This document shows, piece after piece, positions 28,180 through 43,230 of a DNA stretch of 64,000 nt. Position numbers and translations under genes: made by a program. Source of the DNA: Eledone cirrhosa (lineage: Eukaryota); the NCBI GenBank assembly GCA_964016885.1, contig OZ024745.1, positions 38,998,001 to 39,062,000 of the forward strand, given 5' to 3'. Each line of letters opens with the position of its first letter. The stretch's first letter is position 1. Below the pieces are notes generated by a model. That model had not been told where the DNA came from, made no database searches, and saw nothing but the letters and a program-made list of their open reading frames with translations.

Positions 28180-30558
28180 ATGGAAAAACAATACTTGGGA
28201 ACCTCTTTAAAGAACATACCAATACCTTCTAAGGATGATTTCTTGCTCCTTATGATTCAAAAAACTAACCAATTTATCAGAAGAGTGAGATGGAGGGCCT
28301 ACCACTTCGATAAAAAATCTAAATATGCAGATAGGAAATATATGTATGATTTCAATACTTACAAGAATCCACCACACAACTCTTTGCTTGAAGACTTTGA
28401 GAAAGACCTTTTTAATTTAATTAAACACCTCAAATTTAAAAAGTATAAATCTGTCTTTCAAAAGGACCTTGATTCTACCCTATTGAACCTAAAAAAGTCT
28501 AAAAAAATCCATGTCCACTCGGACAAAACTGGTAACTTGTATCACATGGATATTGGAGATTATAATGAGTTCATATATAAAGAACTCAGGAAAAATTATA
28601 AAAAATCTAATAATGCGTCACTCACCAACATCAACAACAAAACACACAACATAGTAAAAAAACTAAACATTGAAGATAGAACTGAACCGTTGGCATTGAA
28701 AAGACCACACTTCAACCTGAAGGATCATAAATCAAACTTTAACTCAAATCCTTCTATAAGACTTATATGTCCCTCCAAATCTGATATTGGAATAATTAGC
28801 AAAAAAATGTTGGATAGAGTCATCCCACAAATAAGAAAACACGTTATTTTACCACTATGGGAAAACACTTCTCAGGTAATTAACTGGTTTAAAAATATTA
28901 GATGTAAATCTTCTGCTTCATTTCTACAATTTGATATAGATAATTACTATTCTTCTATATCACCTATACTCCTGAACAAAGCATTGATATTTGCTAAAAA
29001 TAGATCTAACTTAACTTTGGATGACATTAATATTATTACACATGCTAGACTAACACTTATTGAATTTCAGAATGAATACTGGACCAGAAACACATATAGT
29101 AATCTATTTGATATTACTATGGGTTCAAGCGATTCCGCCCAAATTACTGATCTTGTGGGCCTCTTTCTCCTTTTCAACATAAATGCCTCCTTTCCCCACC
29201 TTAAAGGTGGTCTATATCGTGATGACTGTCTTCTTCTTTCCAACAACCTTAGCCTTTCAGAAATAGAAAAAAACAAAAAGCATATTAGAACTTTCCTTAA
29301 AGACTATTATAGTCTTCATATTACTTTTGAAAAAACAAGTAAAGTAGTAAATTTCCTAGATATAACTCTAGACTTAGCTACGGGTATCTACCAACCTTAC
29401 CATAAACCCAACCAAAACTTACACTACATACACTCACAATCTAATCACCCTAAATCTATCCTTAAAAACCTTGCATATAATATATCACTTAGAATTTCTA
29501 ACCTTTCTTCTAACCAAGATGTATTTGATAAAAATGCGACCTTCTATAACGAAGCTCTAGATAGAAGTGGCCACAAAAATAGATTAGAATATATACCTTC
29601 TATTAAAAATACTATAAACATACAACCTAATATTACCAACAAACACCAAATGAAAAGTACACACCTAAATGCCACCCACACTATACCCCAAAATACCAAC
29701 AACTCTTCTAATATAAAGTATAGTAACTCTCAAAAAACTACTCATCATACAACTCTAACTAAAAATGTGCGTGGTGAGATCATTAACATTAATCCTCCTA
29801 GTAAACATCACGATACAACCTATAAAAATAATAAACAACATAGAAACCGTAATAGACGAGTTACTTGGTATAATGCTCCATTTAATTTACAAATTAAGGA
29901 TAATATTGGTAAAAAATTTTTTTATATCCTAGAGAAAAACTTCCCGCCAAACCACAAATACCATCAAATCTTAAATAGGTCTACAGTTAAATTCTCATAC
30001 TCAACAACAAATAACATAAAACAAAATATAAGTGCCTATAATGCATATAAATGTAAGAATACCATAAGTATACCACCAATACATCAAACTAACCATAATA
30101 TCTCCTCAAATACAGAATTAACGAAAGGTTGTAACTGTAGAAACAAAGCAAACTGCCCATTAAAAGGAAATTGTCTTGTTAACAACATAGTTTATAAATG
30201 TAATGTTAAAACTAAAGATTCTATTTGCTCATATATAGGAGCTACTTCTAACAATTTTAAGGTACGGTTTAATACCCACAAACATAGTTTTTTTAAAATG
30301 CCGCACTGGCTAATACAACATCTCTAGCAGAAAAAAATCAATAGTTATAAAAATAAGAATATAGAATATGATATGACCTGGAGTGTGCTCAAAAGAGCCA
30401 CCCCTTATCAAAATAATAGAAATGAATGTAGATTATGTTCCCAAGAACTATTTAAAATAATGAAATCTAAGGATATCCTATTAAATATACGACAGGAATT
30501 AATTATATCGTGTAATCGTAAACTAAGAAAAACATTTAAATATTATAAACCTAATTAA
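28180..30558 (+). CDS. Naiad-type PLE RT + GIY-YIG protein (~790 aa), interrupted only by two compensating homopolymer indels at ~30290-30337
   Basis: SLKNIPIPS N-terminus, SDKTGNLY, QFDIDNYY, ITMGSSDSA, GLYRDD, VNFLDITLDL, CNCRNKANCPLKGNC, IVY..YIGAT..FKVRFNTHKHSF, CRLCSQE, LNIRQELIISC; ORFs 28159 and 30373 are in the same frame. Confidence 0.92.
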
Positions 30559-30578
30559 TAACATTATTTTAGAAATTA

Positions 30579-30758
30579 GGATTGGCAGTATCGGTAGAGG
30601 GTCGGACGCCATGCTTTGACGCATAGAGTTACGGCCCTTACCATTCTGAGTTCAAATCCCGCCGAGGTTAACTTTGCCTTTCATCCTTATGGGGTCGATA
30701 AAATAAAGTACCAGTAATACACTGGGTAATTGCTGGCCTTGTACCAAAAGTAGAAACA
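30579..30758 (+). mobile_element. SINE family 1 inserted in the PLE 3' UTR with 16-bp TSD
   Basis: TSD ATTATTTTAGAAATTA at 30563-30578 and 30759-30774; B-box GAGTTCAAATCCC. Confidence 0.92.
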
Positions 30759-31218
30759 ATTATTTTAGAAATTAATATATAATTTAATTTAAATGTTAGT
30801 TAACCTATAAATTTAATTTAATTAAAATTCTACTACAGATGAGATTATAAAATATTGTGTAATCATAAATTGTGAAACACTTTTAAATATTACTAATATA
30901 TACTTCGTAAATTAATTTATAGATTAATTTTAATTTATTTAACCTTTTATTAAAATTCCTTTACAGATAAAATATAACAAAATATCGTGTATTCAATGAC
31001 AGAGAAATAATTTTTAATATTATAGACCTAATTAATGTACATTTTAGAAATATATTTATAATTTGGTTTTAAATTTGGTTAACCTAAAAATTTAATTTAA
31101 TTGGCTTAAAATTAATATCATAGTGTCATGTAATCATAGACTGAGATAGGTTTTGGATGTATACCTAGTTAATATATTCTTTGCAATTTTTGAAAATATA
31201 TGTATATGTATGTGTATA

Positions 31219-31286
<68 letters not shown>

Positions 31287-31287
<1 letters not shown>

Positions 31288-31937
31288 GTGTATGTATTAA
31301 TTTTAATTTCTGTTTACCTATAATTATATTCTACTATAGATAAAATACAATATCTGTTTTAATTATTATAAACCTAATTAACATATACTATAGAAATTAA
31401 TATATCATTTTTAATTTAGTTAACCTATAATTTATATTCTACTACCGATGTAATACTTTATTTGTTTGTTTCCCTATTACTAAATTCATTTCCTAATATT
31501 GATACCATAACGTTAATAATTTTAATTTAGTTATACTATAATTAATACTCTACTACTATTTAACTTCAAAATTCCGCTTCAAATATGATAAACCTAAGTA
31601 GTATACACATTAGAAATCAATATATTAACTATCTTTAATTTAGTTAACCTATAATTAATAGTCTACTTATATTAAAATGCATAATTTTGCCTTCTTTCTT
31701 ACATTTCCTAATACTGAAACTACTGTGTAAACGCATATTATGATCTAAATGCAGATTAATATTCTATGTTTCTCGAAACCTATATTTACTATAATCGCCT
31801 CCCCCCCTTCTCCCCTATTATTATTTGTATTTGTAAGCGTGGATGTATGTATGTATATGTAGGTAGGTATGTATGTTTGGGTGTTTGTATGTGAGTATAA
31901 AAATACATATGTGCGCATGTAAATAAGGGTGTATGAT

Positions 31938-31980
<43 letters not shown>

Positions 31981-32629
31981 GTGTATGTATTAATTTTAAT
32001 TTCTGTTTACCTATAATTATATTCTACTATAGATAAAATACAATATCTGTTTTAATTATTATAAACCTAATTAACATATACTATAGAAATTAATATATCA
32101 TTTTTAATTTAGTTAACCTATAATTTATATTCTACTACCGATGTAATACTTTATTTGTTTTTTTCCCTATTACTAAATTCATTTCCTAATATTGATACCA
32201 TAACGTTAATAATTTTAATTTAGTTATACTATAATTAATACTCTACTACTATTTAACTTCAAAATTCCGCTTCAAATATGATAAACCTAAGTAGTATACA
32301 CATTAGAAATCAATATATTAACTATCTTTAATTTAGTTAACCTATAATTAATAGTCTACTTATATTAAAATGCATAATTTTGCCTTCTTTCTTACATTTC
32401 CTAATACTGAAACTACTGTGTAAACGCATATTATGATCTAAATGCAGATTAATATTCTATGTTTCTCGAAACCTATATTTACTATAATCGCCTCCCCCCT
32501 TCCCCCCTATTATTATTTGTATTTGTAAGCGTGGATGTATGTATGTATATGTAGGTAGGTATGTATGTTTGGGTGTTTGTATGTGAGTATAAAAATACAT
32601 ATGTGCGCATGTAAATAAGGGTGTATGAT

Positions 32630-32660
<31 letters not shown>
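31287..32660 (+). repeat. ~693-bp near-identical tandem duplication in the PLE 3' UTR
   Basis: 31301 onward repeats at 31994 onward; units bounded by (TA)n. Confidence 0.9.
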
Positions 32661-32663
32661 GTG

Positions 32664-32695
<32 letters not shown>

Positions 32696-32890
32696 TATAT
32701 GTATCTATGTATTTATGTGGGTATATGTGTGTATGTATATGTATGCACATGTATACGTCTATGTGTATATGTGTGTATGTGTATATATGTACGTATGTGC
32801 GCATGTATATGTGAGTGTGTGTATATATATATATATATATATTTGTAGTTGATGTGTGTATGTGTATATATATATGTATGTATATGTATG

Positions 32891-32923
<33 letters not shown>

Positions 32924-33040
32924 ATATATGTGTATATGTATGTGTGTGCATATTTGTCTGACTGTGTGTATTAATTTATTTATTTATTTATTTATTTTAT
33001 TTCTTTATTTTTTTATATATATGTATATATATCTATATAT

Positions 33041-33086
<46 letters not shown>

Positions 33087-33374
33087 ATATATATATGTAT
33101 GTGTGTATGTATGTGTATGTATGTGTGTGTGTGTGTGTACGTGTGTATATATTTGTATGTGTATATGTATCTCTATTTATATATGTATATATGTGTATGT
33201 ATATCCCTTTATTTATGTATGTCTGAGTTGTGTGAGCGTGTGGTGGTGTTTGTATGTATATACGCATACATGGATGTGTATGTATGTGTATATATGCGTA
33301 TATGTATGTGTGTATGTATGTGTGTATATATGTATGTCTATGTATGAGTATGTATGTGTGTGTATGTATGTATA

Positions 33375-33419
<45 letters not shown>

Positions 33420-33493
33420 TATATGTGTGTGTGTATGTATATATATCTTTGTATATGTGTATGTGTATATGTGTGTATGTATGTATGTGTATA

Positions 33494-33544
<51 letters not shown>

Positions 33545-33628
33545 ATATGTATATATATATATATATATGTGTGGGTATGTATGTGTATGTGTGTATATAC
33601 ATGAGTGTGTTTATATATGTGTGTAGAC

Positions 33629-33726
<98 letters not shown>

Positions 33727-33935
33727 TGTGAATGTATATATATATATATGTATGTGTGTATGTTTATATATATATGTGTGTATATGTGTATATGTCTATG
33801 TATTCATATGTGTATATGTATGTGTCTCTATATGTATGCGTGCGTGTATGTGTATGTGTATTTATATGGTGTGTGTATGTATATGTATGTGTATGTATGT
33901 GTTTATGTATATGTGTATGTATATGTATGTATATA

Positions 33936-33967
<32 letters not shown>

Positions 33968-34012
33968 AGTATGTATATGTATGTATATCGATGTATATTT
34001 TATATTTTACTT

Positions 34013-34082
<70 letters not shown>

Positions 34083-34674
34083 TTAATATATTTCTTTTTT
34101 CTTTTTCTTTTTATTTCTAAATTTATAGATACATTTATAAATAGGCAGTTTGCTGACACCGCTAAATACTTACCTCTTCCCCCCCCCACCTACTTTCTGT
34201 ATCTGGATCTAAATATGTGTGGCAGTGTTTATGTGCGCGCATTAATGTCCATACGCTTATGAAAATAGTATATACACATATATGTGTGTGGGGGTGTGTG
34301 TGTGTATGTATGTTCGTGGTTGTGTGTATGTTTATGCGTATACGCGCGTGTGTGTGTGAATGTACGTATATGTGTGAGTATATGAATGTGTGTATATATT
34401 TATTTTTATATTTATATGTTTATATGCGTATACGTATTTTATCTGTAGATTATAAACATACAGAGACATTAGCCTTGAATTTTTGTATTTACATACATCT
34501 TTTCGGCATGCGTATGCATGTGAACATATATTTTTATGCATATCTGTGAACGAAGTTACTTACATATATACACACACCTAACTGTATAAACTTTTTGTGT
34601 TTTCATTGGTCAATTTGAACTCTGTTCCCAAACAGACCTGTAATTTTGAATTGTTGTTATTTCAATAAATATAT

Positions 34675-34828
34675 TTCATTATTTCTGAAGACGGCATATA
34701 TATGTGTTGGTATGTATATTTAATTTTGATAGTTTGTATAATTTTGTATAATTTTGTACATAGATCTGTTGAATATGCATGCCAATTCTAACACATATAT
34801 ATCCTAGAAACGATCGTTAAATAATGAA
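34675..34828 (+). ncRNA. Type I hammerhead ribozyme with long stem II insertion (family B pLTR)
   Basis: Stem I UUCAUUAUUU/AAAUAAUGAA (10 bp); CUGAAGA 34685-34691; AUAUAUAUGUGUU/AACACAUAUAUAU; GAAA 34807-34810; palindromic ACGAUCGU; GUU site. Confidence 0.78.
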
Positions 34829-34886
34829 CTTTTTTTGTTTAATATAAGGAACTGTTTCATTGTTTTATTCATTATTTTTTTAATAT

Positions 34887-35004
<118 letters not shown>

Positions 35005-35029
35005 TATATATATATGTATATATATATAT

Positions 35030-35239
35030 GCAAACGATCTATTTAAATTGTTGGGATACAACAAGCAAACATTTTTATAACTGATATAAAGCACTCGACA
35101 AGTGTTTGGAGTAAATATACGATATTAACAAATGGAAACTATATTTATAAAACCATATCTATTTTATTATACATATTTTATTATAAATAGGTATAATAAA
35201 ATATATATGGTTTAATAAATAGTGTTTCCATTTGTTAAT

Positions 35240-35243
<4 letters not shown>
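35030..35243. mobile_element. Mini palindromic family A PLE
   Basis: Same tail start as 555 and same short end as 4266, with the interior absent. Confidence 0.88.
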
Positions 35244-35316
<73 letters not shown>

Positions 35317-36022
35317 TAAACGAGAGTACAAAATAAGTTGGATCAGCTGTATAATAGGGTTTATTCAAAGTATTCACAAATATTTCATTAGTTTGGTGTG
35401 TCTAAAAATCGTTGTTCGCAGAATGCTACATCACTCAATTTTAATTACAATTGATACCGTCCAAATCTTTAGAATGCTGATTTGTGTACATGATAAACTG
35501 CGCTAGTATTAATAGATACATGAAAAATAACAAACATGAAGAAAGGGGTATGGAAATATGATACAAGGAAAATTATATGTAAAGTGAAAAAGTAATAGAG
35601 CTAGTAACCATAATCGAGAATTATAAAAGTTTAAATTTAAAAAGTAAAAACTTCAAAAAATGCATGTAGAGTCGAAAGTAAAGTTGGGATGAGATGAAAC
35701 GAAAGGATAATTGTGACAGTGTAATAAAGTGGCATTGGATTAATTAAAGATATAAAACAGCAAAATATAAATAAAATGATAATGATAACAGATGGGTAAT
35801 TAGGTATTTTTAAAAGTGTAATCTTAATGGGTAGAGGTAAAGATTGATAGTGATGTTGGCTATATAGGGTGATTGGTGCTGTGGGTGAGAGAAGGGATTT
35901 GAAGAGATGTGTCTATAAAGAAGAATACTTAATCGCTGAGGGCCTGTCAGTTATTATATCGTCCCATTGGTCAAATGTTCACTATTTTGCTTTCTATTAG
36001 TAAGTGGTGTAACTTTTGAATT

Positions 36023-36062
<40 letters not shown>

Positions 36063-36362
36063 TATAGATATACCTATTTAGCAGTATGGGTGTATACATG
36101 TTATTGAGACACGAGTAAAGTAATACTGACGTCAACAGCAGAAATTAGAGATGAAATGTATCTTTATTTTGTTGTAGCACAAATAATGTTGGTTAACCTG
36201 TATGGTTGAAGTTACACATAAAAATGAGGTTACAAAAGGGAATGTGCCATTGCGCCGGAAAGCCGGCAGGCTAAGGTGCAAAATCTCACCGTCACATCGT
36301 ATGTGTTGCTGGTTCGAAGTTCCTGGTGCGAATGTATGTGAGCCCGCGGAATGTAGGTCACT

Positions 36363-36443
<81 letters not shown>

Positions 36444-36445
<2 letters not shown>

Positions 36446-36625
36446 ACGAAGGAAGTGTGGTAGGGAATTAGGTGGACCATAATGCACCAGAGTACTCGAT
36501 ACTTTGGGTAGTAGAGTCGATAATAGAAAAAGGTTCAGGATCTCGACGGCAGAGATGAAGCCGTTTCGACGGCTATTTCAGGTCCAGAAATAGCCGTCGA
36601 AACTCCATAAGCTCTACTCTTTCCT
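36444..36625. mobile_element. Palindromic PLE derivative, family D
   Basis: Tail-bearing left arm, inverted right arm ending TTCCT, (TA)n flanks. Confidence 0.78.
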
Positions 36626-37790
36626 ATATATATATATATAAATGAAGAATTTCCGTAGGAAAGGTACAGGAAAAGAGAGTACTCCATGTAGGCTACAGAG
36701 CTTATTAGTTTTGCAATAAACAACATAAGATAATTATTACTTCTACTAATAGTTTCTGACGACTGAAGACAGATATAAATATCTGCCTTCAAGAAACCAC
36801 TGGTAAATGAAATAAGTATCTCATGTTGTTTATTACATAACTATATATATATACAAACACCCTATACATATGTAACAGTCACACATGATCGTAATCACAT
36901 ATGTCGAACATACAAACATATGATGCATTAATTAATTACCGTCTCTCTAATTTCTTGATTAGATCGGCGATAGTTTTTGACAAAATATTCAAATATATTT
37001 GCAGTGAGGAATCCATAAACTAAAATGTTTTCATTAAATGACATTGAAATAATTCGTTCAAGAACAAGATTTTCACTGAACTAATTCTGTCAATATATTA
37101 CATAATGTTTGTAGTATTTACTTAGCAACTTGACGTAACGCTTCGTTAGAAGCATAATTTTATTTTAAACTGAAAACATATTAGCGCTTGTTGTACTGGC
37201 ATAAACATTTATTATGTACAAATATTTCAAGTATATACATGACAGATTCCAATTCATAACATCCATATTTGCTTACTTAGATAATTATATAACCCTTTCA
37301 TAAAAACCTTTTCCGATTATGGATCATTATACGAGGTGTGTGTGTCTAGAATATTGTCAGGTGGTCTCTCGAGAGACATGAAAAGGAAAGGGTTCATACA
37401 ACTATTGAAAAATGTACTATTTCAGTGGATGGTTAAAACCTTAATTTCCGTCCGCGTTGTAGAAAAATTGACGTATCTGTTAATTACAGTATAGGAAGCA
37501 GAAAACACGAGCGGTCCCCCGACTGAAAAGATGTGACCAAAAGCACGACACAATATATAAGTGATTAGTGATGTTTTCACTTTAGAAAGTAAATCCACAT
37601 TGTATATCTCTAATTCGGGATTTCAAACAGTATTATTTGATCAGAATTATTTGATCAGTATTATTTGATCAGAAAAATTCATCGTTCAATATGTCTTGAG
37701 ACATACCACAATGAGAGTAATAGAATCCAAATGTCCATTGAAAGTTTATGCTAAATTTCAGCCAACATTTTTCTTCTTTACTTCAGACTA

Positions 37791-38460
<670 letters not shown>

Positions 38461-39512
38461 GTCAGCTGTACACCATGACAACTGTGAGTAATGAAACGAA
38501 ATAACCATCAGTCACATCATATATTATTTGACCTTTATAATATGTCTTCGTTTTATATATTTCTCTTCTGATATCAAATAAGTAACCGCGTCATTAATCT
38601 TGGGAGGTTCCTATAAATTATATAAGATTGATTTGTTATGTGCATGTTACAAAATAAAAATTATTACCCTCCTATATGTCAAAATAGTTTCTAAGATGTA
38701 GATGAACTGACTTCAATTACAATCTAATTTGTATGCAGATGGCATTTTTATGGCGTCCCAATCGCGAGAGGCTACAAAACTGAAAAAAAATAAAACATTC
38801 GGACATAAATGTATGAAATAAGTTTTTTATAGATTTCTTTCATGTCACTAATCACATTGCTAGATTGTATGGCTGCAAAATTATTCGTACAACGTCATTT
38901 GCCAAAACGCCGGAAATATTTTCACGAAAAAAAATGTGACACATACAAAGAGGCCAAAATCAAAGTATTTTGCTATATCCCAAAATGTTAACCCACATTG
39001 AAACATCAGTATCTACGAAGCGGAAACTATTTGTGAATAAATAAAGTATCATTAATTACATATACTATTATATATATAATTACAAAACCACATACGTATA
39101 TACACACACCTATATACAAATACACACACACCAAACGGCCACCCCCACCCCTATATATATATATATACATAAAGATATGTAGGTCTAAAAAAATGTATAT
39201 AGACACCACTCTTGTATTCTCAAATGAAATCACAATAAATTATATATCGATGGGTTTTATCAACCGATAGTAATTCCAACGGTGATTTCACAGAGGTTTT
39301 ATACAGCCGAAAGTAATTCCTACGATGTTTTCAGATATTTAATAAATACATATATATAATTTAATTTTAGAGTTCAGAATTATATTTTCTGGGTTTACCA
39401 TTGTAAATGCATACATGATATGAAATAAACATAATTTAAATATTTTTCCTATAATAATTGTTTTGCATCGGAATACCAAATAAAATACGAATTAGATGCC
39501 AACACTCATCCA

Positions 39513-39589
<77 letters not shown>

Positions 39590-39660
39590 CTATCTCTCTC
39601 TCTCTCTCACTCTCTCTATCTCTCTCTCCATGTATATATATACATATACATATATATATA

Positions 39661-40293
39661 TAACACCTTCCTAAATACAAAAACAGAAATGTTCACCAGT
39701 TGCCCACGCATGTAATCACACTTGCTTTCCAGCTCATATAAACTTAACTCACTTCAGATACTTATCCTCCATAAACTCTTGTTCTTCACTTTCCTTAAAT
39801 TATTCTCTTTACAGACTTCTCTTTCTGATTTACTTTCATTTTTAACTATAATTTTAACTATATTTTTTATGTTTACTTCATCACATCCACCAGTAACCCC
39901 CACCCCTTCTTTTCGATTCACTTACCTAATATCTTCACATTCCACATTTTACTCCCCATTTTCTTTCACTACCTGATACTACATGTCACTTGCGTTTTCC
40001 ACTCCAGATATATTCTGTTGTTTCGTAGCCGATTTTATATTTGTACTCGTTTATTCATACGGCCAGTTTATAATTTGTATCTATGCGTGTGAGTGTGCAT
40101 ATGTGTGTATACGTTCTGTATATGCATACGAACGCCTCCGTATGTGTGCGTGCGTACGTATATATATGTGTGTGTATGTGTGTTTTTATATCTATGTTTT
40201 ATACATACTTATTTATACGTGTGTGTGTATGTGGGTGAATGTATGTGTATGTGTGCGTATATGTGTGTATATGTATACGTATATATGGGTGTG

Positions 40294-40338
<45 letters not shown>

Positions 40339-40370
40339 GCGTACGAACGTGTCATAAGATGTACATGTGG

Positions 40371-40414
<44 letters not shown>

Positions 40415-41238
40415 GTGCCTCGTGTTATGTATGTACGCATGCATGCGCTTTTGTCTGTACGTATTTGTGTGTATAAATATTTATATATATATATGTGTGT
40501 GTACGTGCGTACCTATGTTTGTTTTGTTTTTTCTAGTGTTAATTGATAACACCTCCCCCTTACTTTCTCTTTGATTTTAAAAAAAAAAATTATTCTCATA
40601 TATTGTTTCATTTTTATACATATATCGAGATTGACACTTCTTTTTACTATTACACTCCCTTCCCTCTTTATCTTCCGCATTTAAGTGACCGTACGTGTGT
40701 GTGTGTTTATACGCGTGCTTTCATACTCGTATGTGTATATAATACCTGTATCTGGAGGCGTGTTAACTATATTATCTTACAATTTCTTTTTCAACTCATA
40801 TTATATACGTATTTGTGGTCACATATACACAAATATATTTGCCCTCATATATGTACTTACGCACACATTTTCACCATACACATGCATTTGTACATACACA
40901 TATATGTACATTTGTGAGTGTATATACATACATATACACATACCCTAACTATATTTCCTTATTTTTTTTATATATCTCTTGCATTACTTTTATTTATATA
41001 TTTGTTGCCCGTTAAACTCTTGCCTTTCTTGAGATTTTTCAAATATTTCACTACGTTTTAAAATGCCTTGTCCGATGAACGAATGAGGACGTTTTTCGTA
41101 TTCGTCTTATTCGGGAAACCTCTGGTAATGAGGTAATTATATTGTATTGTTTATTATACATTACATTTAGCTCTGGTACTTACATAGAGCACCCTTCACT
41201 CCTATGACTTTTTCAATTTTCAACGGATACTTCAATAC

Positions 41239-41243
<5 letters not shown>
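39661..41243 (+). mobile_element. 5'-truncated Naiad-type PLE: endonuclease C-terminus, microsatellite-rich 3' UTR, hammerhead, tail
   Basis: FLNTKTEMFTSCPR* matches the LNxRxE..SxC C-terminus of the other PLEs; hammerhead at 41064-41135. Confidence 0.7.
41064..41135 (+). ncRNA. Hammerhead ribozyme motif (core CCGAUGA variant)
   Basis: Stem I UGCCUUGU/AUGAGGUA; stem II CGAAUGAG.ACG/CGUCUUAUUCG; GAAA-CC-UCU-GG-UA. Confidence 0.7.
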
Positions 41244-41299
<56 letters not shown>

Positions 41300-41765
41300 T
41301 ATATATATATATAGACTGACTTTGTATTTATATCTATTTTGCCTGTTTCGTTTTTCTGAATTCGTGTCTTTGAATGAATATTATCAATCATTATGGGTGT
41401 CATGCTACAAATAAAATCACACACATCCCATTTTAGATTGAATGTGATTTTTATTGCTAATGAAATAGCAAATTCGAACATCGAAATGATTAGTAATTCG
41501 ATGGATATTTAGTTGTTTCGTCATTGATTGTCAATGTCAGTCAGTATTCTACCCTAATAATGTCAACATTTGATATTTTCACACATACACCATCGTGATG
41601 GAATAAGGGTAAAAAATCAAACGGTGACTCTATTCGTTACCCGACCAATTAAAAAGCTGAAGCGATACACGAATTGTGTGTGTGTTTCTTTTGACTATAT
41701 ATACTGTATATATATATATATATACATACATATATATATACATATATATATTATATATGTGTATA

Positions 41766-41873
<108 letters not shown>

Positions 41874-43132
41874 CGTGTGTGTATATCTGCTTGTGTGTGT
41901 GTTTACTCTGTTTTTCATAAACGTGCTTTACAAAAATTCATAAGGTATCCCCACTAAATAATTTACTGCATTCCAAGAACGTGCATGCTTTGGAGTTGCA
42001 TGAACAAACTCAATAATAATATATTGTTGTAGTTAACAACGAAGAATCAGGAACTTGACGAGTAAAATATCACGTATTCGTGATGATTTTAAGTTTTAAC
42101 ACCCATTTGAAGTTACCGTTTTTCATTTATGTGTATTATGTCCGTATAAAAGCAACACTGATTACAACAGCACTTTCCACTTTCCTATAGTTGCGGATCA
42201 TTGTTTCGAGGGAGAAAAAATAATGTAACTCGTGATTGAGCCTACCTCCGTTGAGACGATGAACATTCAGTCGTTTTCTCAATGATATATTTCTGTTAAC
42301 TTTAGATCGTTCTATCAACATGTCATCATACACAAATTAACAAATAGACCGCGGAGCCATTCTTATACATGTGAACAAGTAACAAATATATAATAAGCGT
42401 TACATAATCTGACAAGAATGTGCCTTTGTATTATAGATCCAATCCAACCAACGGGCGACCACACATATTTCCCATGTCTGAATATTTCTCTCACGCTTCC
42501 TAAGAAGAGCAGTTATCACACAAAAGCTTTTACACAAGATACAACACAGCTGTGTTAAATTCGTTACAAATTACTAAAGAGGTGACTTTTTAAAGCATAT
42601 AGTAATGGCTGTGGCAATAATGTTATTCTTAAACGGACTTGGAATGAACCTAAAATTATAGTCACATTTAGCAATGATTTCCCGGTTCGTAATTCCTTCG
42701 GTTTGCGGGAGATCAGAGACGATATCAATCATATTCAGAAGAATCCAATGTACTCGTTCCAGGGTTAAAACATAAATCTTTCAAATGTCTTTAAACAATT
42801 CACTATCGTGTACATTTCCTGCATAACTCCATATTAATCATTTATTACAAGATATGGCAATGATTGAGTGATGGTGATCTAATTAACAAAAATACCCCGA
42901 GAGACCATCACGGTTGGATCAGAACAAACTATATAATAATTAATATTATTTTTCAGCCACTATTTTCGATTCATCACAGGATACGAGTAATTAGTTTGTT
43001 TGTATTGACTAGATGTGAACAAGAGCCATCGAACCGATTTTTATGTCGTTTGTCCACTATATCATGTATATAGGTTTTATGACGTTTTTATTCACTAATC
43101 TCATGTGTATGCATCAGTAAATAGATGCTACA

Positions 43133-43230
43133 TAATTGTTTCTACTTTAGACACAAGGCCAGCAAATATCCAGTTCATTACTGGTACTTTATTTTATCGA
43201 CCCCGTAAGGATGAAAGGCAAAGTAAACCT
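43133..43230 (-). mobile_element. Partial SINE family 1
   Basis: 3' half and conserved core. Confidence 0.8.

Noticed and set aside
28180-30558. Selenocysteine recoding, known in some Naiads
   Set aside because: No in-frame TGA at the conserved Cys positions I checked; the internal stops seen are TAG and no SECIS was identified
30790-32400. Recurrent AATTTAGTTAACCTATAA as a CRISPR-like array
   Set aside because: Intervening sequences are homologous to each other, spacing is irregular, the context is eukaryotic and no cas genes are present
34369-34762. Segment missing from the inverted arm as a spliced intron
   Set aside because: GT..AG splicing would give TGTAC|ATCTG, but the arm reads TGTACGTAGATCTG, which fits a microhomology jump
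35314-36025. Possible antisense PLE 3' end with a CUAAAGA..GAAA hammerhead
   Set aside because: Core and stems too degenerate; no coding or homologous support in the window
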